A stretch of DNA of 42,005 nt. It comes from Pseudomonadota bacterium (GTDB lineage: Bacteria; Bdellovibrionota_G; JALEGL01; DATDPG01). This document shows positions 24,630 to 34,794 of the stretch, piece by piece (position 1 is the stretch's first letter; each line of letters begins with the position of its first letter). The DNA lies in NCBI GenBank assembly GCA_043804515.1, contig JAZDIZ010000125.1, positions 1 to 42,005 on the forward strand, in the 5' to 3' direction. Made by a program: the position numbers and the translations under genes. The notes under the pieces were generated by a model that saw only the letters and a program-made list of their open reading frames with translations, did not search any database and was not told where the DNA came from.

Positions 24630-25619
24630 TCAGTATCCTCGGACGTTCCACGGAATCGATGAATCGAAAGAACCGCTGACCTTGAATGCTGTCGTTCCCT
24701 CGTCGTTGATTCGGATGCCAGCCGGATTCGACATCATGAGCCTTGCCTGCACAAGGTCCTTCAACCGTTTGCTGAGTGTGACTTTCACCTCCAGATCCAC
24801 CTGGCTGCGCGGGAAGAACGAAGGAACGTTGATGATTCCGTTGGCCGTCCCGTTCACGTCCGGGCCCGAAACCGCGAAGGATTTGACGGTCAGCTTTCCT
24901 TTTTCGAGCTGGCCTTCGCCCTGGATCTTGTCGCAGCGGATGGGCTCCAGGCCGGGGATCTTAAGATCCACGTTCGCCGCGAGGAGGCTCGCCTTTCCCT
25001 GGGCACCGCTCAAGTCGCCGGCCTGCAAAGCCGGAGTCTTGCCCTCGACATCCGCGGAAAAGGTCACCTTGGCGGCGAAACTGGCCGTGCCGCCCGCGAG
25101 ATCCGGCGAGATCTGTTCGCCGGGCAGGGTCCAGGCCACTTTCCAATCCCGTGTGCCTACGCTGGCTCCGGAGCTGTCCTTTCCGAAGGTGAGGCCGCCC
25201 TTCCATCGGGTGCTCCCTTGCTGGGCCGCGTACGACACGGAGAGGCTCTTGGTGAACACGTAGGCGAGAAGGGAAAACGGATTCACGGTGACCCGAAGGG
25301 AATCGACGTCGATTTCGTCGGAGTTCGGCTGTCCGAAAGCCTTGAGCAGGAGGACCCGGGTTATGGCGTCACCACCGTTGGCGCCTCCGGGGCCCAACAG
25401 CACACGGGCTTTCTCCGCCTCGAAACCCATGGGAAGCGCCGGAGAAAGGCGGTCCATGTCGATCTGGTATCCGGTACTGCGCGTGAGGGCTCCGGTGATC
25501 GTGTCGCGGATCCTCTCGTACGGAAAGTTCCAGATCAAACCTATGGCGAAGATCGCGCCGCCCAGGAGAATGTATTTTGCGACGGACTTGATCGTGGCTT
25601 TGGAAGGGATCAGCTTCAT
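24630..25619 (-). CDS. gspN: Type II secretion protein N
   Basis: N-terminal TM followed by FPYERIR, beta-rich body; last gsp gene, after gspM. Confidence 0.75.
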   Translation of the reverse strand: MKLIPSKATIKSVAKYILLGGAIFAIGLIWNFPYERIRDTITGALTRSTGYQIDMDRLSPALPMGFEAEKARVLLGPGGANGGDAITRVLLLKAFGQPNSDEIDVDSLRVTVNPFSLLAYVFTKSLSVSYAAQQGSTRWKGGLTFGKDSSGASVGTRDWKVAWTLPGEQISPDLAGGTASFAAKVTFSADVEGKTPALQAGDLSGAQGKASLLAANVDLKIPGLEPIRCDKIQGEGQLEKGKLTVKSFAVSGPDVNGTANGIINVPSFFPRSQVDLEVKVTLSKRLKDLVQARLMMSNPAGIRINDEGTTAFKVSGSFDSSIPWNVRGY

Positions 25620-26203
25620 GGGTTCGCCGCCGGCTGGAAGGTGGACACGGAGAAATTCACGTTGAGCTGCGTGGGATCCTGGAAATTCGGTTTCACTTGC
25701 AGGGACGTGATGCGCAAGAGTTGCTGCGAGTTCTCGACGTCGAAGAGAAAGTTGATCAACCCCCGGAGCGTGATTTGCTTCACGGAGACCGCCACTTGCG
25801 TCTCCTTGTACATCTCGTTGCTCGGAGCCGGCCGGTCTTTGAGAGACTCGATGCTCACGCCGTTCTTACGCGCCAGCTTTTCCAGATGCGTGGCGAGCTG
25901 GAAATCCGGTGAAGCGCTGCGGATCATCAGTTCCATCTCGCGCACTTGGCGTTCCGTCTGGATGTACTGGGCCTTGAGTTGATCCATGTTGCGCAAGGCC
26001 AGGCGGTTTCTCTCGATCCGACCCGCCATGGAGGCCGTCGTGACGGCGAACGCCGAGTAGATCAGGAACATGAAGAAGAGAACGCCTCCCGCGATGGAAG
26101 CCCACACGATGTACCGCTCGCGTTCGGAGAGGCGGGCATAGTACGCCTTCAGGACGTCGAGCTGGCCGACGAGATCGCGTAACTGGTTGATGGAGATCTT
26201 CAT
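25616..26203 (-). CDS. gspM: Type II secretion protein M
   Basis: LSERER + TM + coiled coil + ferredoxin-like C-terminus (LINFLFDVE...LRITSLQVK); operon position. Confidence 0.85.
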   Translation of the reverse strand: MKISINQLRDLVGQLDVLKAYYARLSERERYIVWASIAGGVLFFMFLIYSAFAVTTASMAGRIERNRLALRNMDQLKAQYIQTERQVREMELMIRSASPDFQLATHLEKLARKNGVSIESLKDRPAPSNEMYKETQVAVSVKQITLRGLINFLFDVENSQQLLRITSLQVKPNFQDPTQLNVNFSVSTFQPAANP

Positions 26204-27864
26204 CCCTTCCTCCTCGTCTTCGAGGCGTCCACTTCCTCGCCGACGGTGACCGTGAGCATGAACGCTTTGGTTCCCTCGGCGGATTCGCGGATGTCCCCTT
26301 TCTCGACCTTATGGAACTTGGGATTTTCCTTGAGGGCCGCGATGATCCTGTCGACGGACGCGTAGGAATCGGTGTTCCCTCGCAGCGTGATCTTGTTCCG
26401 GTCGATCGACAGCTCTTGCGTATCCAGCGGAATTTCGGGCGGAATCCGTTGCGAGACCTCCCGCAGGATCCCGAGCGCCGTCAGGTCGTTCAACCCCGCC
26501 GTCAAAATGGCCTGCTGTTGCTCGTATTTCCCGATCCGGGTCTCCAGGGCCTTGAGTGCCGCGGCCGCGTTCTTGGGTTTCGAAGGCTCGTTGGGAACGA
26601 TCTCGGAATAGATCCGCAGGATCGATCTCTCGATGAGGGAGTTCTGGCGGGCCAGGCTTTGATAGCGGAATCCGAGGTGGAAGAGAGCCAGAACGAAAAT
26701 CACGGCCACCCACTTGCCGAAAAATACCGCCTTCTCCTTGATGCCGGAGAGGTCCTTGGCGAACGTGAACGTGCCTTTGCGGAAATTGAGCGAGGCGGTC
26801 CTCTTGGCGGCGGATCCCCTTGCGGCAAGCCGCATCCCCAGGCCCACGGCCTGGGCGAAACTCGGCTGCCGCGCCCCCAATTTTCGTTCCGCTTCATCGT
26901 GCCGGCCGAAGATCTGAATGTGCGCGACGGGCAACGACGTGAGGCCGCCCAGATACTCGGGCAGGTTCCGAATCAGGCTGGTACCTCCGCAAAGGAAGAT
27001 CTTTTCCACGGGCTGGCCGGGGGATCCGGCATCCCCGCCCTGCGCCCGGAACGCCTGCAGCGTCTGCATGACCTCGCGGACGATTGGATCCACGGCCTGC
27101 CGGATGACGCTGGAAAGCCTCCGTAAGTCCTTGCTCTGAAGCGGGTGGTTTTCCAACTCCAGGATGCCGTGATTGTGTTTGACCTCCGCAGCCTGCTCCC
27201 ACGTCAGATCCAGGCCGGTGTGAATCGCCTCGGTGATGTCCCGCCCCCCCATGTACAGCGTTCGGACGGACCTGGGCTGGAATCCGGAGACGATGCAGAC
27301 CGACGTCTTCTGGTGCCCGATGTCCACGATCGCGTACGTGCCCCCTTCCTCACGCAATGTAAGGAGGTGGAGGTTGTAGAGCGCCAGGGAGTCCAATCCC
27401 ACGTATGCGGGATCCAGATCGGCACCTTTGAGCAGTTCGAGATGCTCCGCGAGGACGCTCTTCTTGACGGCGGCGGCCAGGCAGGTGGTCCGGGCCTTCG
27501 ACGTCGAAATCGTGTGGTGGTCGATGATGATCTCGTCCAACTCGAACGGGATGTGGGATTCCAGTTCGAACGGCAATACACGCTCCACCTGACGGTCGGG
27601 GAGGGGGAGCGTGAGGATGCGCGTGGAGACGTTGACTCCGGAGAGGGCCGTGATCACGGCCGTGGGTTCCAGATGGTTGTCGTGAAGAAGCCGCGCGAGG
27701 GCTTCCTTGACCACGACTTTCCGCTCCGCCGGTTCGAGGTCGTCCATTTGAAGCGGCGGCGATTCATAAAGATCGGTCAACTCGAAAAACTTGAACGTCG
27801 TCGTGAACGAAGCGGCTTTGATCGAGTACGAGCCGATGTCGAGACCGAGGATTCTCTGGGGCAT
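26200..27864 (-). CDS. gspL: Type II secretion protein L (PilM-like actin fold fused to a PilN-like periplasmic part)
   Basis: MPQRILGLDIGSYSIK, LPFELE..IPF, VDIGHQKT, LCGGTS..NL, TM and periplasmic domain; between gspK and gspM. Confidence 0.85.
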   Translation of the reverse strand: MPQRILGLDIGSYSIKAASFTTTFKFFELTDLYESPPLQMDDLEPAERKVVVKEALARLLHDNHLEPTAVITALSGVNVSTRILTLPLPDRQVERVLPFELESHIPFELDEIIIDHHTISTSKARTTCLAAAVKKSVLAEHLELLKGADLDPAYVGLDSLALYNLHLLTLREEGGTYAIVDIGHQKTSVCIVSGFQPRSVRTLYMGGRDITEAIHTGLDLTWEQAAEVKHNHGILELENHPLQSKDLRRLSSVIRQAVDPIVREVMQTLQAFRAQGGDAGSPGQPVEKIFLCGGTSLIRNLPEYLGGLTSLPVAHIQIFGRHDEAERKLGARQPSFAQAVGLGMRLAARGSAAKRTASLNFRKGTFTFAKDLSGIKEKAVFFGKWVAVIFVLALFHLGFRYQSLARQNSLIERSILRIYSEIVPNEPSKPKNAAAALKALETRIGKYEQQQAILTAGLNDLTALGILREVSQRIPPEIPLDTQELSIDRNKITLRGNTDSYASVDRIIAALKENPKFHKVEKGDIRESAEGTKAFMLTVTVGEEVDASKTRRKG

Positions 27865-29099
27865 CAGATCACCTTCCAATACAGGATTTTAGGCGGCTTT
27901 GCAGGATCCTGGCGGGACAATACCGTCAGAATCGTCCGATCCGTGTTCTCCGCGATGCCGGTGGCCTCCACAAAGAACGTATCGGAAGCCACGCTGAGGA
28001 TCTTTCGCACCGCCTGCCTGATCATCTCCGGCGTTCCTTGCTGGCCCCTGGCGCTCACTTTGCAGAGCTGCGCCGCGGTGTCCAGGAACGAAGGAGGTTT
28101 TCCGCCCGAGTCCGTGGAACGGAAAACCACGTTCTTGCGGAATTTCACGATCTCCTGAGCGCAGGCGAAGCGGTCCTGGTCGCCTGGAAGAACCTCGCGG
28201 TTGAAAATCGCGGCGATGACTTCCAGCGGCGCCGTGTTGACGTTGATGTGGCCTATCTCGTTCACTTGCAGCCCTGGGCCTCTGGGGTACCGGGCGTCAA
28301 AGGGATACACCGTGATGAACGGCTTGAGTTCCCGGAACAAATCGTCGGTCATCGGCCTGATGAGGCGCACCTCGTCGACGGAATAAAACGGGCCATTTTT
28401 GACGTGCAGGTTCCTGTCTTCAGTCTGGTATTCCACGTCCTCCACGCCGCCACCCAGGTGGTTGATCTCGCTGTCCATATCGGTCCAGTCGTCGATGGCC
28501 CACAGCACGTTCCTGTGGTCGGTATCCCGGAAATATCCCTTGAAACGGGGGCTCAGGAGGAGGTTTTCCAGGACTTCGGCGGTACCCGACCACCTCCGGT
28601 TCGGGCCGAACCCTCCGGAGCCCACATCGTTGAGATTGATCTTGGAGGACTCATCGTGGATTACCGATAAAAAGGAGCCGCCGAGGGCCTCCATTTGCTT
28701 GGCCTCTTTGGCTTTCTCGCCGGCGTTTTGCCTGTCCTCCGAAACTTTCGCACCCTCTCCCATGGCGGCTGCCGCAGCGGCGGCTGAAAAGGGGTAGGGG
28801 AGCGGCACGGCCCATTGAAACTCCTGAAGGTCGTCCTTGGGCCCGCCGTAGTTGGTGCCGGGAATCGCGGGGATCGAGTCCAGCGCCTTGTCCAGTTGGA
28901 GGCGGAACATCGACCAGCGCACCGCCGCGCGCGCGAGCTCGTACGCTTTCTCGGAGTCGCGCCGGTTCATGACCACGGTGGCGGTCACCTGGGAGCGGTA
29001 CATGATTTCGATCACGACGGTGGAGATCACGGCCAGCGTAACGAGAACGAGGACGAGCGCCACGGAGCCGGACATGGGGTTCAAACGCGGAGCCCTCAT
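27864..29099 (-). CDS. gspK: Minor pseudopilin GspK
   Basis: GSVALVLVLV, DESSKINLN, IDDWTD.D, KNGPF.SVDE, INVNTAPLEV. Confidence 0.9.
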   Translation of the reverse strand: MRAPRLNPMSGSVALVLVLVTLAVISTVVIEIMYRSQVTATVVMNRRDSEKAYELARAAVRWSMFRLQLDKALDSIPAIPGTNYGGPKDDLQEFQWAVPLPYPFSAAAAAAAMGEGAKVSEDRQNAGEKAKEAKQMEALGGSFLSVIHDESSKINLNDVGSGGFGPNRRWSGTAEVLENLLLSPRFKGYFRDTDHRNVLWAIDDWTDMDSEINHLGGGVEDVEYQTEDRNLHVKNGPFYSVDEVRLIRPMTDDLFRELKPFITVYPFDARYPRGPGLQVNEIGHINVNTAPLEVIAAIFNREVLPGDQDRFACAQEIVKFRKNVVFRSTDSGGKPPSFLDTAAQLCKVSARGQQGTPEMIRQAVRKILSVASDTFFVEATGIAENTDRTILTVLSRQDPAKPPKILYWKVI

Positions 29100-29815
29100 C
29101 CGGATCTTCCTCCACGTGACGTCGGTGTCGCCCTTGGGGTGGGTGTCGCCACAGGTGTCCCTTGTTGTCCCGCCTGTTGAACGCCGATCCCCTCAGCCAT
29201 GGGGATCTCCACCACGTCCTCATACGTTTCCTCGCGCCCTCTCTCGTCGCGAAGCACCAGGACGGCGCGCACCGCTTTGGGAAGTTTGTTGCGGTTCTCA
29301 TCCCCCCGGCTGTCCCAGGTGGTCTTGAACGTCTCGCCGTCGCTGTATTCCAGGTGGAACGACACGATGTTCTTCGCCAGGACCACCGTGTCTCCTTCGG
29401 CCTTGTTGTCGAGGGGCCAGAAGTCACGGGTCTCCTTCCGGCGGAGGTGGTTCAATCGCGTGGTGGTATCGCTTTCCGTGTCGTAGACGATCTCAGCCTG
29501 GTCGCCTTCATGCGTGTTGGGTCCGCTCCGGTCGTGCGTGAACGATGTGAACGACATCTTGTCGCGGTCTCCGCTGGACTCTCCTTTGAAGTACGAGAGC
29601 TGAAAAATGGATTCCACCATGAAGGCCTGGCTCAGGTCGTCCCGGATCTTCGAGAGGGCCGCCGTTCCAACCTCCGCCAAGGCGGTGCGCTCCGTAATCG
29701 TGGTCTGGGTTCGGAATGTGGCCGAAAGGGCACCCCACGTCAGCGTGGCGATGATGGAGAGGATCAATGTGGCGAGGACGACCTCCAGCAATGTGAAGCC
29801 CCTCTCCCTCATCAA
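29096..29815 (-). CDS. gspJ: Minor pseudopilin GspJ
   Basis: Prepilin motif RG/FTLLEVVLA, WDS...LPKAVR; operon position. Confidence 0.88.
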   Translation of the reverse strand: MMRERGFTLLEVVLATLILSIIATLTWGALSATFRTQTTITERTALAEVGTAALSKIRDDLSQAFMVESIFQLSYFKGESSGDRDKMSFTSFTHDRSGPNTHEGDQAEIVYDTESDTTTRLNHLRRKETRDFWPLDNKAEGDTVVLAKNIVSFHLEYSDGETFKTTWDSRGDENRNKLPKAVRAVLVLRDERGREETYEDVVEIPMAEGIGVQQAGQQGTPVATPTPRATPTSRGGRSG

Positions 29816-30399
29816 CGGACCGCTCCCGTCCCGGTTCCGCCGGTGCCGGTGACGCTCGCTCCGCCGGTAAGCGCTCCGATCGCGACGTTGAGCTGCGTCA
29901 TCGTGTCCTGTGCGATCAAGTGCGTGACCAGCTCATAGCTTTTCTCTCGGGCCCCGTCGCTCCAAAGAACTTCCACGTGGAGCTCCTTGAGAGCCTCGCC
30001 CCAGACCTTTCCGATCATCTGCAACGGCCCCGCAAAAAGCTGCGCGTTCGAATTCTTCTCGTCTTCGGCGCCCCCGAAGGCCAGTTTGAAAAGTGCCCCG
30101 AAATCCGGAGCGGGAACGGGGAGCACCGTGTATTTCCACCGGTAGCCCGGATGTCTTTCCTGATCGAATTCACCTTTCTCCTCGGGTTTGAGGGTGTCGA
30201 TCCCCTTGAAAGCCGCCAGCTGGGAGAGCTCCGTCATTTTCGACTCGGCAAGCGTGATGGCCGCGTCCATGGTGCGTGCGCGGCTGACCAGATCCATGGA
30301 GCGGCTCTGGCTTTCCATGAGGACCACCAGCGAGATCGAGAGGATGACCATGGCCACCATGACCTCCACGAAGGAGAAGCCGCGGGCTTCAGACTTCAT
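29812..30399 (-). CDS. gspI: Minor pseudopilin GspI
   Basis: MKSEARG/FSFVEVMVAMVIL; start trimmed to ATG 30399. Confidence 0.85.
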   Translation of the reverse strand: MKSEARGFSFVEVMVAMVILSISLVVLMESQSRSMDLVSRARTMDAAITLAESKMTELSQLAAFKGIDTLKPEEKGEFDQERHPGYRWKYTVLPVPAPDFGALFKLAFGGAEDEKNSNAQLFAGPLQMIGKVWGEALKELHVEVLWSDGAREKSYELVTHLIAQDTMTQLNVAIGALTGGASVTGTGGTGTGAVR

Positions 30400-31021
30400 C
30401 GGGCCGGAGCTCCCCTTTTTCGACGCGGGTTCGCCCCCCGAGGGGCTCCAGAATGACGCTGTAAGCGTCGTCACGGTCGTTAAGAACGTAAATGATCGTC
30501 TTCTGAACGAATCCGCCCGGCGAGAGATCCACCCACGGAACTCCGGTCTCTACGGATTTTCCTTCGCTGGCGGTGTAGACGCCTTTGAAATGGATCGATT
30601 GCGGAAGCGCCTTGGGTTTCAGGTTGGGAGCGTCCAGTTTCTTGTAGCGCAGTTCGTCTTCGGCCTTTTTTTCGTCATCCGAGAGCTCCCGCATATGCTC
30701 GTCGCGCTTTTCGAAATCCTGCATGATCTTGTCGAGCTTCGTGTCCTCATCGAGCAGCGGGATCGTAGGGGGTTCCTCGTACGATTCGGCCCAGTACAGG
30801 CGGCGCTCCAGATCGAACCGGATCCGGATTTTCTGGTGCCTCATCACGGAGTGTTCGTACGCGGCTCTCACGAACCCCGCGACTCCGGTGGCTCCGTTGC
30901 GAAGGTTGATCCCCGTCATGTTCGAAACCTTTGGAAGCGCCATGGACGACAGAAGGGAGATCAGGAACATCACAAAGATCAGCTCGATCAGTGTGAACGC
31001 TCGGGTCCGGGCGCGCCGCAT
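30389..31021 (-). CDS. gspH: Minor pseudopilin GspH
   Basis: RA/FTLIELIFVM prepilin motif; between gspG and gspI. Confidence 0.82.
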   Translation of the reverse strand: MRRARTRAFTLIELIFVMFLISLLSSMALPKVSNMTGINLRNGATGVAGFVRAAYEHSVMRHQKIRIRFDLERRLYWAESYEEPPTIPLLDEDTKLDKIMQDFEKRDEHMRELSDDEKKAEDELRYKKLDAPNLKPKALPQSIHFKGVYTASEGKSVETGVPWVDLSPGGFVQKTIIYVLNDRDDAYSVILEPLGGRTRVEKGELRPDEV

Positions 31022-31024
31022 ACC

Positions 31025-31483
31025 TTACTTCGTCTCTTCGGTCTTCTCCGAGGCCCAGTTCACGATGTCGTCCGCCGTCCCTTCGTCCCCGTCCGGACCG
31101 TTCGACCAGAGATCGTAGCTTTCGGGACTGTGAACGCCGGGCGCGGTGTAGTTGTACGCGTTTCCCCAAGGATCCAAGGGGATCTCCTTCTTCTCCAGGA
31201 AACCTCCCGGCGGGTAACCTTTGCAGGCCCTCCCCGACGTCGGCGCCATGAACAGATCCTGGAGGGAACTTGGAAAGAAGCCGCACTCCAAATGAAACGT
31301 CGTGATGGCGTTTCCCAAGGCGGCGACCTGCGCCGCGGTGGCTTTGACCTTGGCCCTCTCCACCTGCCTCGTGATCCCGACGGTCACGATCGTCGTCAAA
31401 AGGCCCAGGATCAAGACGACTGCCATCAACTCCACGAGCGTGAACCCGCGGTTCAATCGATTCCTCTTCCTGTTTCTCTGCAT
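31025..31483 (-). CDS. gspG: Major pseudopilin GspG
   Basis: MQRNRKRNRLNRG/FTLVELMAV, DPWGNAYNY..PG, S.GPDG.EGTADDI.NW; RBS AGGAGG upstream of ATG 31483. Confidence 0.93.
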   Translation of the reverse strand: MQRNRKRNRLNRGFTLVELMAVVLILGLLTTIVTVGITRQVERAKVKATAAQVAALGNAITTFHLECGFFPSSLQDLFMAPTSGRACKGYPPGGFLEKKEIPLDPWGNAYNYTAPGVHSPESYDLWSNGPDGDEGTADDIVNWASEKTEETK

Positions 31484-31491
31484 GATTCCTC

Positions 31492-32706
31492 CTATCCGAA
31501 AGCTTGGTTCATTTGGAAAATGGGCAGCATTACGCTGAAAACGATGAAACCGATCACGCTCGCCATGATGACGATCATGACCGGCTCCAACAGGGACGTG
31601 AGCGTCGCCACGCGGGCGTCCACCTGGTTGTTGTAGGTTTCGGCCACTTTGCTGAGCATCTTCTCCAGTTCCCCGGTCTTCTCGCCGATGGCGATCATGT
31701 GCGTGACGAGAGGCGGGAACTCCCCCGATCTCTTCAAGGGCTCGGCGACGGAGTCCCCTTCCGATACGTTTGTGCGGACGTTCTCGATCACCTCCGTCAG
31801 GATGACGTTCCCTACGACGTTCTTGACGATGTCCATCGCCATGAGAATGGGAACACCGCTCGCGAGGAGCGTGGAAAGCGTGCTGGAGAACCGGGCGATC
31901 GCCACCATGCGGAACACGGGGCCGAAAATCGGGACGTGGAGCAGAAACCGGTGATAGGTCCTTTTCCCCTTGGGGGACCGGATGTAGGCCCGCACGGAGA
32001 AAAACACGATCAGAATGAGGCCCAGGCCCACGTACCAATAAGTCGTGAACAGCTTGCTGACGCCGATCAGGACCCGCGTGGGGATAGGGAGCGCCTGTTT
32101 CAGGTCCTGGTAGAGGCGTACCAGTTTGGGGATTACGAACGTGAAGATCACGATCAAAGCCACAAAACCGATCAGGAGCATGATCGCCGGGTAGGCCATG
32201 GTGGAGATGATCTTTCCGCGCAGCTTCGTTTGGTTCTCGTTGTAATCGGCCAGGCGGTTCAGGACGATTTCGAGGGCGCCGGAGGCCTCGCCGGCACGCA
32301 CCATATTGACGAACATGTCCGAGAAGATCTTGGGGTGTACCCGCATGGCATCCGCCAGAGAACCGCCTTGGTTGACTCTTTCCCGCACCTCGGAAAGCGC
32401 GCGCTTCAGATTGAGGTTTTCCACCTGGTCCACGAGCGCGGTGAGCGATTCCACAAGCGGAATTCCCGCGGCGACGAGCGTGGCGAGTTGGCGGCTCATG
32501 ACCGAGACATCCTGGGACGAAACGCCGCGGCTGAAGCGGATGTTTCCGGGAGCCGAAGGGCCGGTCTCCTGCGTCTCGCGGATCTCCGTTAAAAAGAGCC
32601 CCTCCTTCCGGAGGCGGCCCCGCGCTTCGGAAGGGTTGGGGGAATCGATGACTCCCTTGACGTTCTTCCCGGCGGTGGTGACCGCTTTGTATTCGAAAAC
32701 CGGCAT
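31492..32706 (-). CDS. gspF: T2SS inner-membrane platform protein
   Basis: RQLATLVAAGIPLV, MVRAGEASGAL..VL.RLADY, MIAIGEKTGEL..ML, LLEP.MI. Confidence 0.95.
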   Translation of the reverse strand: MPVFEYKAVTTAGKNVKGVIDSPNPSEARGRLRKEGLFLTEIRETQETGPSAPGNIRFSRGVSSQDVSVMSRQLATLVAAGIPLVESLTALVDQVENLNLKRALSEVRERVNQGGSLADAMRVHPKIFSDMFVNMVRAGEASGALEIVLNRLADYNENQTKLRGKIISTMAYPAIMLLIGFVALIVIFTFVIPKLVRLYQDLKQALPIPTRVLIGVSKLFTTYWYVGLGLILIVFFSVRAYIRSPKGKRTYHRFLLHVPIFGPVFRMVAIARFSSTLSTLLASGVPILMAMDIVKNVVGNVILTEVIENVRTNVSEGDSVAEPLKRSGEFPPLVTHMIAIGEKTGELEKMLSKVAETYNNQVDARVATLTSLLEPVMIVIMASVIGFIVFSVMLPIFQMNQAFG

Positions 32707-32709
32707 GGG

Positions 32710-34794
32710 TTACTCGATCGTCATTTCCTCCTGCGTCACGCGCAGGACTTCCTCCATCGTCGTCACGCCCGACAAAACCTTCTCCGCACCGTCGTCTCTC
32801 AGCGTCCTCATCCCCCGCGAGAGAGCGGATTTCTTGAGGGAGGTGGCGTCGGCGCTCTTCAAGATGAGAGAGCGGAGTTCCTCGTCGATCGGGAGGATCT
32901 CGTAGATGCCGCTGCGCCCCTTGTACCCGGTGTTCCAGCACTCGGAACACCCCTTGGAGCGGTAGATGGTGTGCTGCGCGGCTCTCGCCGGATCGATGCC
33001 GATTTCCTTGAGTTCTTCATCGTCGGGTTTGTGCGGCTGCCGGCACTGTTTGCATACGACGCGGATCAAGCGTTGGGCCATGACGGCCACGAGCGAAGAG
33101 GAAACCAGGAAGGGTTCCACGCCCATGTCCACGAGACGCGTGACGGAACTGGCCGCGTCGTTCGTGTGGAGCGTGGAGAACACGAAATGGCCCGTGAGAG
33201 ACGCCTGAATGGCGATCTCCGCCGTTTCCAGGTCGCGGATTTCCCCCACCATGATGACGTCGGGGTCCTGGCGCAGGATCGAGCGAAGCCCGTTCGCGAA
33301 CGTGAGGTCCACCTTCGGGTTCACGTGGATCTGCCCGATCCCCTGGATCTGGATTTCCACCGGGTCTTCCACGGTGATGATATTGCGCTCCTTGGCGTTG
33401 ATCCTGGTCAGGCATGCGTACAGCGTCGTGGTTTTCCCGGAGCCGGTGGGGCCGGTCACGAGAAAGATGCCGTGAGCCTTCGTGATGATCTTGGCGATCA
33501 TGCCGAGTTGGCGCTTGTCGAACCCCAGGTCCTCCAGGGACAGAAGGACGTTGGAGGTGTCCAGGAGGCGGAGGACGATCCGCTCCCCGAATGAAGTGGG
33601 AAGCGTCGAAACACGGATATCCACATCCCGGCCGGCCAGCCGGATCCTGATGCGCCCGTCCTGCGGGATCCGCTTTTCCGCGATATCCAGCTGCGCCATG
33701 ATCTTGATTCGGGAGCTGATGGAGTTCTGCGCCCGCTTGGGGGGCTTCATGATCTCGTAGAGCACGCCGTCGATCCGAAACCGGACCGAAATCTCCTTCT
33801 CGACCGGCTCGATGTGGATGTCACTGGCCCTCTCCTTGACGGCCCGGAAAAGGAGAGTGTTCACCAGGCGGATGATCGGGGCCTCGTCTTCACTGTCGAG
33901 AAGGTCCTGGGTCTCCTCCAGATCCACATCCTCGATCTGCGGCTCCTCCAGATCCTCCATGAGGTTGTCGGGGGTTTTCGTGGCGGCCCGGTCATAGACC
34001 CGGTTGATCATGTCCAGGACCGAGCGCCGGGAAGCCAGGACGGGCTTGACGTTCGCTTGCAGCAGGATTCTGAGGTCGTCCATGGGCCCCAGATCGACGG
34101 CATCCGAAATGGCCACGATGACGTGGCCTCGATCCTTCCTAAGGGGGATCAATCCGTACTTCTTGGCGAAGTTGATCGGGATTTTCGTGGCCAGCTCCGG
34201 GTCCACGTTCTCCTTGCTCAGGTTTTCCATGATCGGAACGTTCAGTTGGAAGCTCAGCGCGCGCAGCAGGTCGTCCTCTATGATGAACTTCTTCTTCAGC
34301 AGAATTTCACCCAAGCGCTCCGATTGATCGCCTTCGGCTTGACTTTTGAGCGCATCCTCCAGCTGTTCCCTCGTGAGCTTCGACGTTTTGAGAAGAATCT
34401 CACCGAGGTGAGTGTCTTTCGGGGAGGAGATGCCCTCGGTTTTAAGGTTTTGCGGGAATTCCTCGGCCGACTCAGCTTTGAGTTTTCCCAGAACCCCGTC
34501 GATTGCTTCATCCACGTCGTCCGTTTTTTCCGGAGCTTTCGCGCGTTGCGTGGCCTCCGAAGATGCCGCAGACGTTTTAGAGGCCGGCGGTTTTGAAGAG
34601 GGGCCGTCCGGACGCTGCGCCGAGGGGATCTTCGGTCCGGCGGGCTTGGCCTGCGCCGGCCCGCCCGAGGAAGGAGCCTTCAAACCGGCCTTCGACTTCA
34701 AAAAATCATCGAAGCTGAAATGCTCCGTGACCTCGTTGTCCTTGATCTGGACGGTCTTCGGATCCTTTTCCCAGGGGGACTTCATGCTTGTCAT
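32710..34794 (-). CDS. gspE: T2SS assembly ATPase with N-terminal extension and MshEN-like domain
   Basis: ASDIHIEP, AEKRIPQDGRI, Walker A GPTGSGKTTTLY, LRQDPDVIMVGEIRD, STLHTNDA, CxxC...CxxC. Confidence 0.96.
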   Translation of the reverse strand: MTSMKSPWEKDPKTVQIKDNEVTEHFSFDDFLKSKAGLKAPSSGGPAQAKPAGPKIPSAQRPDGPSSKPPASKTSAASSEATQRAKAPEKTDDVDEAIDGVLGKLKAESAEEFPQNLKTEGISSPKDTHLGEILLKTSKLTREQLEDALKSQAEGDQSERLGEILLKKKFIIEDDLLRALSFQLNVPIMENLSKENVDPELATKIPINFAKKYGLIPLRKDRGHVIVAISDAVDLGPMDDLRILLQANVKPVLASRRSVLDMINRVYDRAATKTPDNLMEDLEEPQIEDVDLEETQDLLDSEDEAPIIRLVNTLLFRAVKERASDIHIEPVEKEISVRFRIDGVLYEIMKPPKRAQNSISSRIKIMAQLDIAEKRIPQDGRIRIRLAGRDVDIRVSTLPTSFGERIVLRLLDTSNVLLSLEDLGFDKRQLGMIAKIITKAHGIFLVTGPTGSGKTTTLYACLTRINAKERNIITVEDPVEIQIQGIGQIHVNPKVDLTFANGLRSILRQDPDVIMVGEIRDLETAEIAIQASLTGHFVFSTLHTNDAASSVTRLVDMGVEPFLVSSSLVAVMAQRLIRVVCKQCRQPHKPDDEELKEIGIDPARAAQHTIYRSKGCSECWNTGYKGRSGIYEILPIDEELRSLILKSADATSLKKSALSRGMRTLRDDGAEKVLSGVTTMEEVLRVTQEEMTIE

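Noticed and set aside
31484..32950. 641-aa ORF 31025..32950 as a long GspG fusion
   Set aside because: The upstream part overlaps gspF and gspE in another frame. The prepilin motif and AGGAGG RBS place the real start at 31483.
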